DNA from: the human T2T-CHM13v2.0 reference genome, Homo sapiens
Assembly (NCBI RefSeq): GCF_009914755.1
Contig: NC_060931.1
Strand: one strand, 5' to 3'
DNA: 64,000 nt
Each line of letters begins with the position of its first letter. Position 1 is the first letter of the stretch. Shown here piece by piece: positions 17,237-33,340 of this stretch. The notes beneath the pieces were generated by a model. The model saw only the letters and a list, made by a program, of their open reading frames with translations. It was not told the DNA's origin and ran no database searches. The translations under genes were made by a program, and so were the position numbers.

Positions 17237-19218
17237 CAGTGGTCCGCAACCTTTTTGGCACCAGGGACTGGTTTATTAGAAGACAATGTTTCCATGCACG
17301 GGGGTGAAGCGGGGGCTGGTGGAGGGGGGCGTGGAGGATGGTTTCGGGATGATTCAAGCACATTACATTGATTGTGCACTTTATCTCTATTATTACATTG
17401 TACTACATAATGTGAAATAATTACACAACTCACCATAATGTAGAATCAGTGGGAGCCCTGAGCTTGTGTTCCTGCAACTAGACAGTTTCATCCGGGGGGG
17501 TGATGGTGAGAGGTGACAGCGTGCTGGCAGTCCTCACAGCCCTTGCTCGCTCTAGGCGCCTCCTCTGCCTGGGCTCCCACTTCGGTGGCACTCGAGGAGG
17601 CCCTTCAGCCCGCCGCTGCACTGTGGGAGCCCCTTTCCGGGCTGGCCAAGGCCGGAGCCGGCTCCCTCAGCTTGCTGGGAGGTGTGGAGGGAGAGGCGCG
17701 GGCGGGAACTGGGGCTGCGCGCGGTGCTTGCGGGCCAGCGCGAGTTCCGGGTGGGCGTGGGCTGGGCGGACCCCTCACTCGGAGCGGCCAGCTGGCCCCA
17801 CCAGCCCCGGGCAGTGAGGGGCTTAGCACCTGGGCCAGCAGCTGCTGTGCTCAATTTCTCGCTGGGCCTTAGCTGCCTTCCCGCGGGGCAGGGCTCGGGA
17901 CCTGCAGCCCGCCCTGCCTGAGCCTCCCCCCAACTCTGTGGGCTCCTGTGCTGCCTGAGCCTCCCCGGCGAGCGCCACCCCCTGCTCCACGGTGCCCAGT
18001 GCCATCGACCACCCAAGGGCTGAGGAGTGTGGGCGCACAGCACGGGACTGGCAGGCAGCTCCACCTGCAGCCCCAGTGCGAGATCCACTGGGTGAAGCCA
18101 GCTGGGCTCCTGAATATAATGGGAACTTGGAGAACCTTTATGTCTAGCTAAGGGATTGTAAACACACCAATCAGCACCCTGTGTCTAGCTCAGGGTTTGT
18201 GAATGCACCAATCCACACTCTGTATCTGGCTACTCTGGTGGGGACTTGGAGAACCTTTATGTCTAGCTCAGGGATTGTAAATACACCAATTGGCACTCTG
18301 TATCTAGCTCAAGGTTTGTAAACACACCAATCAGCACCCTGTGTCTAGCTCAGGGTTTGTGAATGCACCATTCAACACTCTGTATCTAGCTAATCTGGTG
18401 GGGACGTGGAGAACCTTTGTGTCTAGCTCAGGGATTGTAAACACACCAACCAGCGCCCTGTCAAAACAGACCACTCGGCTCTACCAATCAGCAGGGTGTG
18501 GATAGGGCCAGATAAGAGAATAAAAGCAGGCTGCCGGAGCCAGGAGTGGCAACCGGCTCGGGTCCCCTTCCACACTGTGGAAACTTTGTTCTTTCGCTCT
18601 TTGCAATAAATCTTGCTGCTGCTCACTCTTTGGGTCCACACTGCCTTTATGAGCTGTAACACTCACCGCGAAGATCTGCAGCTTCACTCCTGAAGCCAGC
18701 GAGACCACAAACCCACCGGGAGGAACGAACAACTCCAGATGCGCCGCCTTAAGAGGTGTAACACTCACCACGAAGGTCGGCAGCTTCACTCCTGAGCCAG
18801 CGAAACCACGAACCCACCAGAAGGAATAAACTCCGAACACATCCGAACATCAAAAGGAACAAACTCCGGATACACTGCCTTTAAGAACTGTAACACTCAC
18901 CGCGAGGGTCCGCGGCTTCATTCTTGAAGTCAGTGAGACCAAGAACCCACCAACTCCCGACACAATGGGAGGCAGTGACAGATCCTCAGGCATTAGATTC
19001 TCATAAGGAGCATGCAACAGAGATCTCTTGAATGTGCAGTTCACAACAGGGTTCGTGCTCCTATGAGAATCTAATGCTACTGCTGATCTGACAAGAGGCG
19101 GAGTTCAGGCGGTAGTGGGAGCCATAGGGAACAACTGTAAATACAGATGACGCTTCACTCCTGTGCAGCCCAGTTCCTAACCAATACCGGTCCGTGGCCC
19201 CAGGGCTGGGGACCCCTA
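17237..19218. mobile_element. MER1A (hAT-Charlie) split by LTR12C
   Basis: Ends cagtggtccgcaacc and gctggggacccct; 8-bp TSD ctttaatt (17229-17236) / ctttaact (19219-19226). Confidence 0.9.
17507..18964 (+). mobile_element. LTR12C (ERV9) solo LTR, full length
   Basis: Starts tgagaggtgacagcgtgctggcagtcc, ends ccgacaca; GC/CpG-rich 5' half; tandem ccaatcagcaccctgtgtctagct repeats; 4-bp TSD atgg. Confidence 0.95.
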
Positions 19219-19651
19219 CTTTAACTGATCGATATTCCTCATAGATCCTGACACCTCTGCTTCCACGTTAGTCTCTGCTTCATAGCCATTGCAATTCCAG
19301 CTTGCACAAGAGTTGGTAAAATGTTCCATTTTATAGTTTTTTAAGCAAACATATATACCTTATCTACCTCTATGAAAATTAATAAACCAGATTGTAAGAT
19401 TTTTTTAAATTTAATGAAGCAAGTTATTATTCCAATTATCCAATAGACATGGTGTTAATATATCAAATGTTAATATAAATATGAAGAGGAACTCAAAGAT
19501 TTCTAGAGTTTTTTTCTTTCTTTTTGTACTTTAAAGGTATCTCAGAAAAAAAAAATCTTGCTAAGGTGGTAACAGAAAAAAATGTTTTTAAGAAGTTACC
19601 TGTAAGTTTAACCAATGGCCTTGATTACTAGGAAATGCGATAACAGCAACA

Positions 19652-19770
19652 ATTTTTTTAATAGAGATGTCACTATGTTGCCCAGGCTGGCCTCAAACTC
19701 CTGGCCTCAAGAAATTCTCCTGCCTCAGCCTCCCAAAATGCTGGGACTACAGGCATGAGCCAAATTGTCT
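19652..19770 (-). mobile_element. FLAM / Alu monomer
   Basis: Left-monomer sequence. Confidence 0.85.
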
Positions 19771-20196
19771 AAACAACTTAAAAATTATCATAACTAATAT
19801 ATAGTTATAATGGGAAAAGTTTTATATAATAATCCTAATCGAGGATTCGTTATTCAATTAAACTGGCTTAATACTTTTAGCTTAGAAATAGCTGTCTTTT
19901 CTCAGATTTTACCAGTATAAAATTATTTACCATAATTTCTTATTTTAACAAGTCTTGGGTTTATTTTCTAATATAAAGCCTAATTAATTTGAGTTTTATG
20001 AATTTCCTCTACTGATTTTACTCGTCAAATAAGCTAATTCAGATGAGATTATAAAATATTAAAATTATGTGTCAAACTAAATTAAATTATAATACATAAT
20101 TCTTTATCAAAGGGATTATTACAAGGCTTTAAATCATACAGATTTAATGTGTCAGCATAGATTGTAATTTCCAAGTCCTTAGTTTTTAGACCTTAA

Positions 20197-20540
<344 letters not shown>

Positions 20541-20669
20541 TAAGATAAAGATATAAAACACTGGTCACTAAACATCATTTTAATTTATATTTGTCTCATA
20601 TTTTTACAAAAATTACAGAATAGGCCAGGTGCAGTGTCTAATACTTCATAAGGCTCTTGAGAGGACTGA

Positions 20670-21014
<345 letters not shown>

Positions 21015-21512
21015 TAATAATTATTTATTTTAAAAAATAGTCTGGCCAAATTGAAACAACCCCTTGCCAAAGACTAACAGGCTGATACAAAGACATACAG
21101 ATTTTATTTTCCTGTCTGGAAATATCTTCAATCATCAATAATAATGAAAGCTCACTTTACCAGCAAAAATTTTTTTAATGTATGCAAAGTATTCACATTA
21201 ATTTGAAACATTTTGTCCACATTATCCTTAAAGCTCTACGAAAAAGGTAAGCTAATGATATTTTAAAGTCAATACTGCCAGCTTTTAAAGGAGCTTACTT
21301 TTCCTTGGCTGAAAGTGTTACCACGAGCCTGAATGATAAGGAGAGCTTTACCCTATCTCTATAAACCCTCCCTATATGAAATTGTTACTAAAATTCCCTG
21401 AAGATTTTGCTTAAGACTTGTACTGAAAGATTCTGCCTTGTACATTCTGACCTCATTGGTTATCATATTATTTAACTCATATATACTTAATTATATGTGA
21501 GAAGACTTCAAT

Positions 21513-22140
<628 letters not shown>

Positions 22141-22980
22141 AAGAAGAAGAGAAGGAGGAGGAAGAGGAAGGCGGGGAGGAGGAAGAGGAGAAGAACTTAA
22201 GATTCTACAACCTCGTATCTACCAAGAGGTTAGTCTGGAAGAAAATGATAAAAAGAAAAAAGTTATGTAACTTTCACATACAAACTTGCTGGAAATCTGA
22301 CCCTGGAACCCACTTAAAAGCCCCAGAAACAGACCACTGCCAATGCAGACAACATCTGTGAATTCTGTGATTTAAGATCGTGTGACTCAAGATGACATCC
22401 AGTGTAGACAAAGTCCTGCCAAGGTCTTTGAATCAAGATTTATGATCAGGGTAAGGGATTTACACTTGAACTCAGGTCTTACTATTTATTGCATCTTCTT
22501 TTTTTTTCCATTTTTCCTTTCATGCTAATCCTTCTGGCATCTGAACCACTATCCATTCCCAACTGTTGAATTTGTTTTCTAGACTTTTGAAGTATTTAAA
22601 ATAAAGCCTGATGTCAAAGGTTGTCAAAAGGGAGCTAAGATGCTGAATTTCACTGGTTTCTAAGAAAGATTCTACTGTGGCAAGATGTTTCAAAACCAGA
22701 ATGTATGACCCATAATTTACCTCTGATCAACCAAATAACAGTTAAAATACTCAATTAAGACACACACACACAGACACACACACACACAGCAGCTTATTGA
22801 ACTAAACTTGGGGAAACTACTCTCTTTGATAAGCCATAAATTCCCAATGTTTCTCATAATATTTGCTCCCTCCTCCATTGCCTAAGAGCCAGGTGCTAAC
22901 ATGTTGCTACACACACCATTGACAATTGATAAAATTGACAATTGATGAAACTGTGTCAAGGCTGTGTCAAGAAGAGACTA

Positions 22981-23409
<429 letters not shown>

Positions 23410-23700
23410 TCACAGAAGGACCTGACAGACGTTATACTAGAGACCACATGGCATGCACACCACGAGTAAAATTCCCAAAGCCATCTGGAAAAGCCACAAA
23501 CTTATGAAATTCTGACTACAGGTCAGCCTTCTCAAGGACAAAATGTCCAGGCTGACCCCTCTACTAGCTGCCAACTAGCTTTCCAAATGGAGAAGTAGAA
23601 GTATATTGCAATAAGATTTTTAACAATGAATGTGAAGTTGTTTGATGATAGCCTGTTTTAAGTTAAATATGCACAGGGGAAACTCTGGAACAATCTTTTA

Positions 23701-23930
23701 GTGCAGTGGAATGATCACAACTCACTATAGCCTTGACCTCTGGGCTCAAACAATCCTCCCACCTCATCTCCTGAGGCACGTTCCACCACACCTAACTAAT
23801 TTTTTTTTTTTGGTAGACAAGAGGTCTTACTATGTTTCCCAGGCTGGTCTCAAACTCCTGGGCTCAAACAATCTTCCTGCTTTGGCTCCCAAAGAACTGA
23901 GATTACAGGCGTGAGTCATTGTACCTAACC
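23701..23930 (-). mobile_element. AluJ, partial
   Basis: Diverged Alu lacking its tail. Confidence 0.85.
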
Positions 23931-24023
23931 ACAGTCATTTTTTTCAAAAAACAAGTATAGCTAATAAATCAATAGTGGAGATACATGGGATCACAAAAAT
24001 ATTTACTTAACCCAAAAGTAATC

Positions 24024-24305
24024 CCACTTGTAATCCCAGCACTTTTGGGAGGCTGAGGCAGGAGGATCACTTGAGGCCAGGAACTCAAGACCAGCTAGGA
24101 AAATGTAGTGAAACCTCAACAACAAAATTTTTTTTTAAGTTAGCTGGGTGTGCTGGCACACACCTGTAGTCCCAGCTACTCAGGAGGCTGAGGTAGGAGG
24201 ATCCCTTGAGTCCAGGTGTTCAAGGCTGCAGTGAGATATGATCGCACCACTGCACTCCAGCCTGGGTAATGGGGTGAGACACTGTCTCTAAAAATAAAAT
24301 TAAAA
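24024..24305 (+). mobile_element. AluJ
   Basis: Diverged dimeric Alu. Confidence 0.9.
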
Positions 24306-24379
24306 TGCCAAAAGTACCAAAATAATAATAATAATGTGACATAAACTAAAGCATATGATTAACTCAGCCCTCTGTACAT

Positions 24380-25640
<1,261 letters not shown>

Positions 25641-25664
25641 CCTTCCAGAGTCCTTCCAGAGTTG

Positions 25665-26205
25665 GAAATAGACCCATGTACAAATGGGAAAGAAATGTAT
25701 GATAATTGGGGCACTTACAGTCAGTGAGGAAAGGATGGCCCCTTGAATGAAAATGACATTGGGACAACTGGATCGCCATTTAAAAAAATATATAAAGTAG
25801 GCTGGGTGCAGTGGCTCCCACCTGTAATCCCAGCACTTTAGGAGGCCATGGCGGGTGGATCACCTGAGGCCAGGAGTTTGAGACCAGCCTTGGCAACATG
25901 GTGAAACCCTGTCTCTACTAAAAATACAAAAAAAAATAGCCTGGCTTGGTGGTGCGCACCTATATCCCAGCTACTCGGGAGGCTTAGGCATGGATGGCTT
26001 GAACCTGGGAGGTGAAGGTTGCAGTGAGCCCAGATCACGCCACTGCACTCCAGCCTGGGCAACAGAGCAAGACTCTGTCTCAAAATAAATAAAATAAAAT
26101 AAAAAATAAAGTTATGACTATATTGTACGGCAGATGCAAAAATATTTTCAGATGAATTAAAGGTCTAAATTTAAAAACCAAAGGCCAAACAATTAGAACT
26201 AATCA
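25665..26205 (+). repeat. Inverted duplicate of 24508-25034 (L1 relic), containing its own Alu
   Basis: About 90% reverse-complement identity outside the Alus (manual alignment). Confidence 0.88.
25800..26108 (+). mobile_element. AluS
   Basis: Dimeric Alu with (TAAAA)n tail. Confidence 0.94.
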
Positions 26206-26211
26206 AGGAAA

Positions 26212-26738
26212 TGTCTGCCTCTGGCCAGCCACATAGTCAGCCCTTGTCATGTGGTCAGCCCATGTTTGCTCATCCTGCGTGTCTGCAACATTTCATAAAC
26301 CCCTGACTCCGTGACTATGTGCAGCCCTCCAGAAGAATACCTTGGAGACAATAAGCAGGACAGAGCATAGGTTCCCACGTCTCTTGCCTGAATCACTGCA
26401 TTTTGAGAAAAGATAAGTTCAATAATCCTGGCACTTGCCTGTTCATAAGATAACATCTGACAGGATTAATGATTCTGCCTCTGTCATCTATAACCAGATG
26501 TACTCTTGCACCCAAACTTTGCTGAGATGTTGCCCTAATGTAACTTCTGAGCACATTTGACTTCACTCATGAGCACATGCAGAACCTCTACCACTTGCTA
26601 TATAAACTGTGGACTGAAATACAGCTTTGAGCAGTCTAACTGAAACTCTGAAAGACTCTCCCACATTGCAATGCTCAGTAACTCTAAATAAAACTGTAAC
26701 TTTAATTCTTTAAAAGTCTGATTTTTCTTTAGTTGACC
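26212..26738 (+). mobile_element. ERV1-class solo LTR, family not assigned
   Basis: TG start, tatataaa, aataaa, and an end tttctttagttgac typical of MER4-group LTRs. Confidence 0.65.
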
Positions 26739-26913
26739 AGAGTATCAGGGGAAAAAAAAGGAAATTTAGATTCAAACTATTCTTATTTTATTTTACACAC
26801 ACACAGTGAGCAGAATGTTTACAGTATTGTTTAAAAATTGGAAAAATGTTAAAAATTTACTTTACTGATGTATAAGGTCAAGGCTGTATCCAGAAGCAAA
26901 TATAAACAAATAT

Positions 26914-27289
<376 letters not shown>

Positions 27290-27303
27290 TTAAAATTTGA
27301 TAA

Positions 27304-27792
<489 letters not shown>

Positions 27793-27847
27793 TTAAATAA
27801 GATAAATGTACATAAATTTATACCAATAAGCAACATTATATAAACTA

Positions 27848-28650
27848 CAGGCAATCATCCCTTTGCATGATAGTGTGGGACTGCAAAAAAAAAGGCTGCA
27901 AGCTAAAACCATGCAAAACAGTCATAATAATCAATGGGGAAAGTTACAACTGTCTGTGATGTTTAAATTTTTGTTGAAACATTAAAAACTTTCTTTTTCT
28001 TGATTATAAATGTATAGTGAAATGGGAAAAAAGTACAACTAATATTTAATCAGCATACTATAAAATTTTAGAAACATTGAAAATTAAACTGCTTTATTTC
28101 CTTGTAAAAAATACATCAAGAGTAGTCTGAAAAGTTTTTGCCTTTTTCTCATATAATTTATGATACAATACAAACATCTTTTCTATGCTTTGAAGAACTG
28201 TCATACTCTTTTCTAAGTTTGAATCAGACACCAACATTTTATCCTTCATGCTTTCAATGTCATAAAATATCTCTGAGAATTCCTTTAATGCAAAGTTTTT
28301 TTGCTGCTGTCACTTCCTCTGGAAGATCTTCATCCTTTTTCTTATAAATATTTTTCTTCAATTTGTCAATAAAGTCACCTTCACCAAATGCCCCTGACTG
28401 CCTGTGTAGTCAGGCATTCAACATTCTGTCAACAATTTCATCTATAACTCCATTTATGTTGGACTCAAATTTCACATCTAGCATTATCATTCATTGGGTT
28501 TTTTTTTTTTTTCTGCATTCATCTTTACCGACCAAGTCCCTATTTCAATTGTTCATTTTTGTGGAATATTGTGTGGGTTTATCACCAGGAGACAGAGAAG
28601 CAACACAGCTACATGCCTTGCTGCCTGTGTGTGAATGGAAGAACAGGTAC
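27848..28650. mobile_element. TcMar-Tigger-like DNA transposon relic (Tigger13a-like)
   Basis: TA-flanked caggcaatcatccctttgca...gcaagctaaaaccatgcaaa start and an AT-rich body. Confidence 0.6.
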
Positions 28651-28664
28651 ACAGAGACCATAAC

Positions 28665-29097
28665 ACAACCCAAGTGTCCCTAGATGGATAAATGGATAAA
28701 CAAAATATGGTATAGTCATACAATAAAATATTAATTAGCCATAAAAAGGAATAAAGTTGGGTGCATACTACAATATAGATGAACCTTGAAAACATTATGC
28801 TAAGACACCAGTCACAAAGACTACACATTGTATGATTCCATTAACATGAAATATTCAGAACAGGCAAATCCATAAAGACAGAAAGTAGATTAGTGGTAGC
28901 CTAGTGTAGAGAGATTCAGGGAAACAGGGAGTGACTGCTAATTAGTATGAGTTTGAGAAGCGATTAAAATGTTCTAAAATGTATAATGATGATGGCCACA
29001 CAACTCTGTGCAACTAAAAATCATTGAATTGTACACCTTAAATGGGTGATTTGTATATCATATGAATTATATCTTGATAAAGTTGGCATTTAAAAAA
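28665..29097 (+). mobile_element. L1MB-like 3' end
   Basis: caacccaagtgtcc...aatggataaacaaaat...gatgaaccttgaaaacattatgctaag...tgaattatatct. Confidence 0.88.
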
Positions 29098-29254
29098 TCT
29101 TATTGCCCATTTAGTTTAAATGTTCTTGGGAGGGAAGGCAGATAACACCTTAGGAAGCTATTCAATGCTCAAGAAAAAAAAATTATGATAAATCGTCACA
29201 GTGAAACACAGAAATTATATGATTACAATTAGAAATTATAACTATAAAGATTAA

Positions 29255-29636
<382 letters not shown>

Positions 29637-29834
29637 CTATACAACAAATTCTAAAGTGTTCCCTGGAATGCAGTTTAATATTGTTACATTTGCTCTGTTA
29701 TCACAGGACCTGCAGTTCCTAAATACACTAGGCACTCACTCTTTCTTTCTCATCTCCCCAGATGAAATGATTTGAAACCATGCTATAAAGAGTTATCCTA
29801 CACATATTGAAATTCCACTTGACATTAATTATAC

Positions 29835-29844
29835 ATACATATAA

Positions 29845-29885
<41 letters not shown>
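29835..29885. repeat. (CATA)n/(CA)n microsatellite
   Basis: Direct reading. Confidence 0.9.
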
Positions 29886-29888
<3 letters not shown>

Positions 29889-30139
29889 CCATTCTATTTA
29901 AAAGCTGTAAATACAAATTTTATATCAGGGTCTCTGGTTATTTTCAGACTAAAAACACTTCATCTTAAAACGGGATGGCATTCAGAGCTTGGGTAGATTC
30001 TAGAAGCAACCTCATGCCAGAATGTGGCTAGCACCTATGCAGACCAAGTCCGGCAGGCAGAAAGAGAAAACAAAATTCTGCTTGCAGGAACTAACTTAAA
30101 AAAAAAGAAAAAGAAAAAGAATGTGGCGTCTTTTACACA

Positions 30140-30349
30140 GGCCAACTTGGATTTGAATGTGTTCTAAAATTCATCGACCATGTGACCTTTTGCGCTACTG
30201 AATTTACCTCTCTGTCTCTGAGCTTCAGCTTTCCCCCTGGTAAAATGGGAATAATATCTACCTCAAAGAGTTTCTGTAAAAATCGGGAAAATCAGAGCAA
30301 AGCAGCTGGCATAGTACCTCCCTCATAGTAGAGGCTCAATAAATGATAG
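30140..30349 (+). mobile_element. MIR SINE
   Basis: tgtgacctt...tctctgagcttcagctttcc...gtaaaatgggaataata...gctcaataaatg. Confidence 0.82.
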
Positions 30350-30921
30350 AGATGTGAGAAGAGGAGCAGCTGTGGTTCAGGTAGTAGGAATAATAGTATT
30401 TTTGGTAATCATGGGTGAGTTAATCATTAAAGAGCCAAGGGCCAAATGTCAAGTGGTTAGGTCAGGGGGACAAAACTAGGAGTGTATTCAGGAGATCACC
30501 AAGCAAACAAAACAAATATAAAAAATAAGACAGAGGAGGTCACAGTCCCTAGGATGCATTCAGGAATGAAGAAACAGAAAAAATAGGCAAGTGTGCAGGA
30601 AGCAAAGCAGATCTTTCTCCAGGAGAACGAAGCTGCACCTGAGGCTGCTTCCGCCAGCATATGTGATTTCTCTTGCCAGTCAGCATCCTCTTCTCAAGGC
30701 CTAACAGGATCCTGGCCTATCGCAGGATTTTGCTCTTGTAGGGCAAAGTTTCTTTATATGTGCCAGCTCATTCTATCTCATGCATATTCTGTGAATTCTG
30801 TATGTGTGTAGTGGCAGCTAATAGTATTTCCGCCTGGACAGAGGGAGGCCAGAGTCCCTGACATTCCCTGCACTGATTTGTCTACTGAGACTAGGTCAAT
30901 TATCTTCAAAAAGGTATTTGA

Positions 30922-31060
30922 GGCCAGGTGCAGTGGCTCATGCCTATAATCCCAGCACTTTGGGAGGCCAGGGCAGGAGGATGCCCTGAGCGCAGGACTT
31001 TGAGACCACCCTGGGCAACACAGAGAGACCTCGTCTTGACAAAAGATAAGAATAAAAAAG
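30922..31060 (+). mobile_element. FLAM
   Basis: Left monomer with A-rich tail. Confidence 0.85.
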
Positions 31061-31273
31061 TTATTTGACTACGTCCCTGACATGATCAAGTCTAGTGATT
31101 TTCAGACTTTATAGCAACAGAACCCATTCTGAAAGAAAAAGAATTGTATTTGGGACCCCAATAATAAAGAAAAAAAAAACCTATTCTCAATTGACATAAT
31201 GCATATTTTAAATTCAAATTTATATATTTACAACTTATCATAAAGTCAGTTAATTAGAATGAGGCTGTTTTGA

Positions 31274-31852
<579 letters not shown>

Positions 31853-32037
31853 AATTGCACAGTACTAAAAAATTCTGACAATATTCAGGAACAGTTGTAA
31901 AGAGTAAAAGCTATTTTTTTCTTATATTTAAAACCATTTTATTTACTACGTTGATAATTGTTTCCCCAGCAGTGGTAAAAATGACATCAAAATAACAATT
32001 TTGCAAGCTCAGATTATTAATATAAAATCAGTAATCA

Positions 32038-32345
<308 letters not shown>

Positions 32346-32893
32346 TCAGCTTTTTAATAGCTGTAGAAATTGGAGAAAAGGATAACCTGAAATGTTTATC
32401 TCAAAGTTGAATCACCAGCAATATCCAACACTAGTTGATATTTTTATCATAAATATAAAAATCAAACATGAAGTTCACAAAACATACAATAAAGGCCAAA
32501 ATTCTTATATTATCGTAACATAGCATATTGTATATTTAGTCACTACTGTGTAACAACTACCCATTCACTGTGGAATACTCTCAAGGAGTCTCAAATGGGT
32601 GTTCAATCTCTACCTTATTATTACAAATTTATAACAGATTTCTTTCCATTTAGCAATTTTATAGAATGTCATATATACATATTTAAATATATATAAATTT
32701 ACATATTATTTATATATAAGCAAAAAATTGGACACAATTCAACGTTAACATAAGGTCATACCACTGTTATTTGCCATACAGCACTTTTAGAAGAAGACAA
32801 AATGTTCTAAAGATCAGAGATGGCTGATAATTGATATATCATGTTCTGCAATCATCGTGCCCAGCATTTTGAGTTAGTTGCTGTTGCAATATT

Positions 32894-32947
32894 ATATGAT
32901 TTGGATATCATATAGGATTTGGAAATCCTATCAGATTTGGATAACAA
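32894..32947. repeat. Three 18-bp tandem units with core GATTTGGA
   Basis: atatgatttggatatcat / ataggatttggaaatcct / atcagatttggataacaa. Confidence 0.8.
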
Positions 32948-33190
32948 ATTTGCCCTGAAAAGAGAACAAAAAGAGAACAAAAGAGAACAAAAGATGGATC
33001 TTTGAAAATGAATATCCATATAGCAGTGTTTCCATGGAAGAATTAGAGTGATTGTTTTAAAAGTATTTCTCTTTCCTTTCCCCAGATGAACCTCTACCTT
33101 AAGTAATGAGGGTGTCAGCCCCAAAATCTTCTATAGATGAATAAAACAATGCAAACATTTCTGCACATTCAAACCCAGTACTGATTCGAA

Positions 33191-33340
33191 AGAGCTATGG
33201 CCATAGCTCTATCGCCAATCTAGGACACCCAGACCTGCTTTTTCAGGCTGAGAACACCAGGTGGCATATGGTGGCTGAATCAGAGCCTCGGTTACCATGG
33301 CAACCAGCTACCCTTCCAGCTCTGCAGCTGCCATCTTTTA
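33191..33340. promoter_or_regulatory. Candidate RFX-bound promoter or enhancer
   Basis: X-box GGTTACCATGGCAACC (33290-33305); CCAAT (33215-33219); YY1-like GCCATCTT (33330-33337); CTCF/E-box-like CACCAGGTGGCA (33255-33266); 20-bp palindrome (33191-33210); no repeat recognised here. Confidence 0.6.

Noticed and set aside
17500-18151. GC/CpG-rich block with overlapping ORFs as a CpG-island gene promoter or first coding exon
   Set aside because: It is the 5' half of LTR12C; the ORFs reflect the scarcity of stop codons in GC-rich DNA.
18115-18490. Repeated units with variable spacing as a CRISPR-like array
   Set aside because: These are the standard ERV9/LTR12 U3 tandem enhancer repeats; there are no unique spacers or cas genes, and the context is primate.
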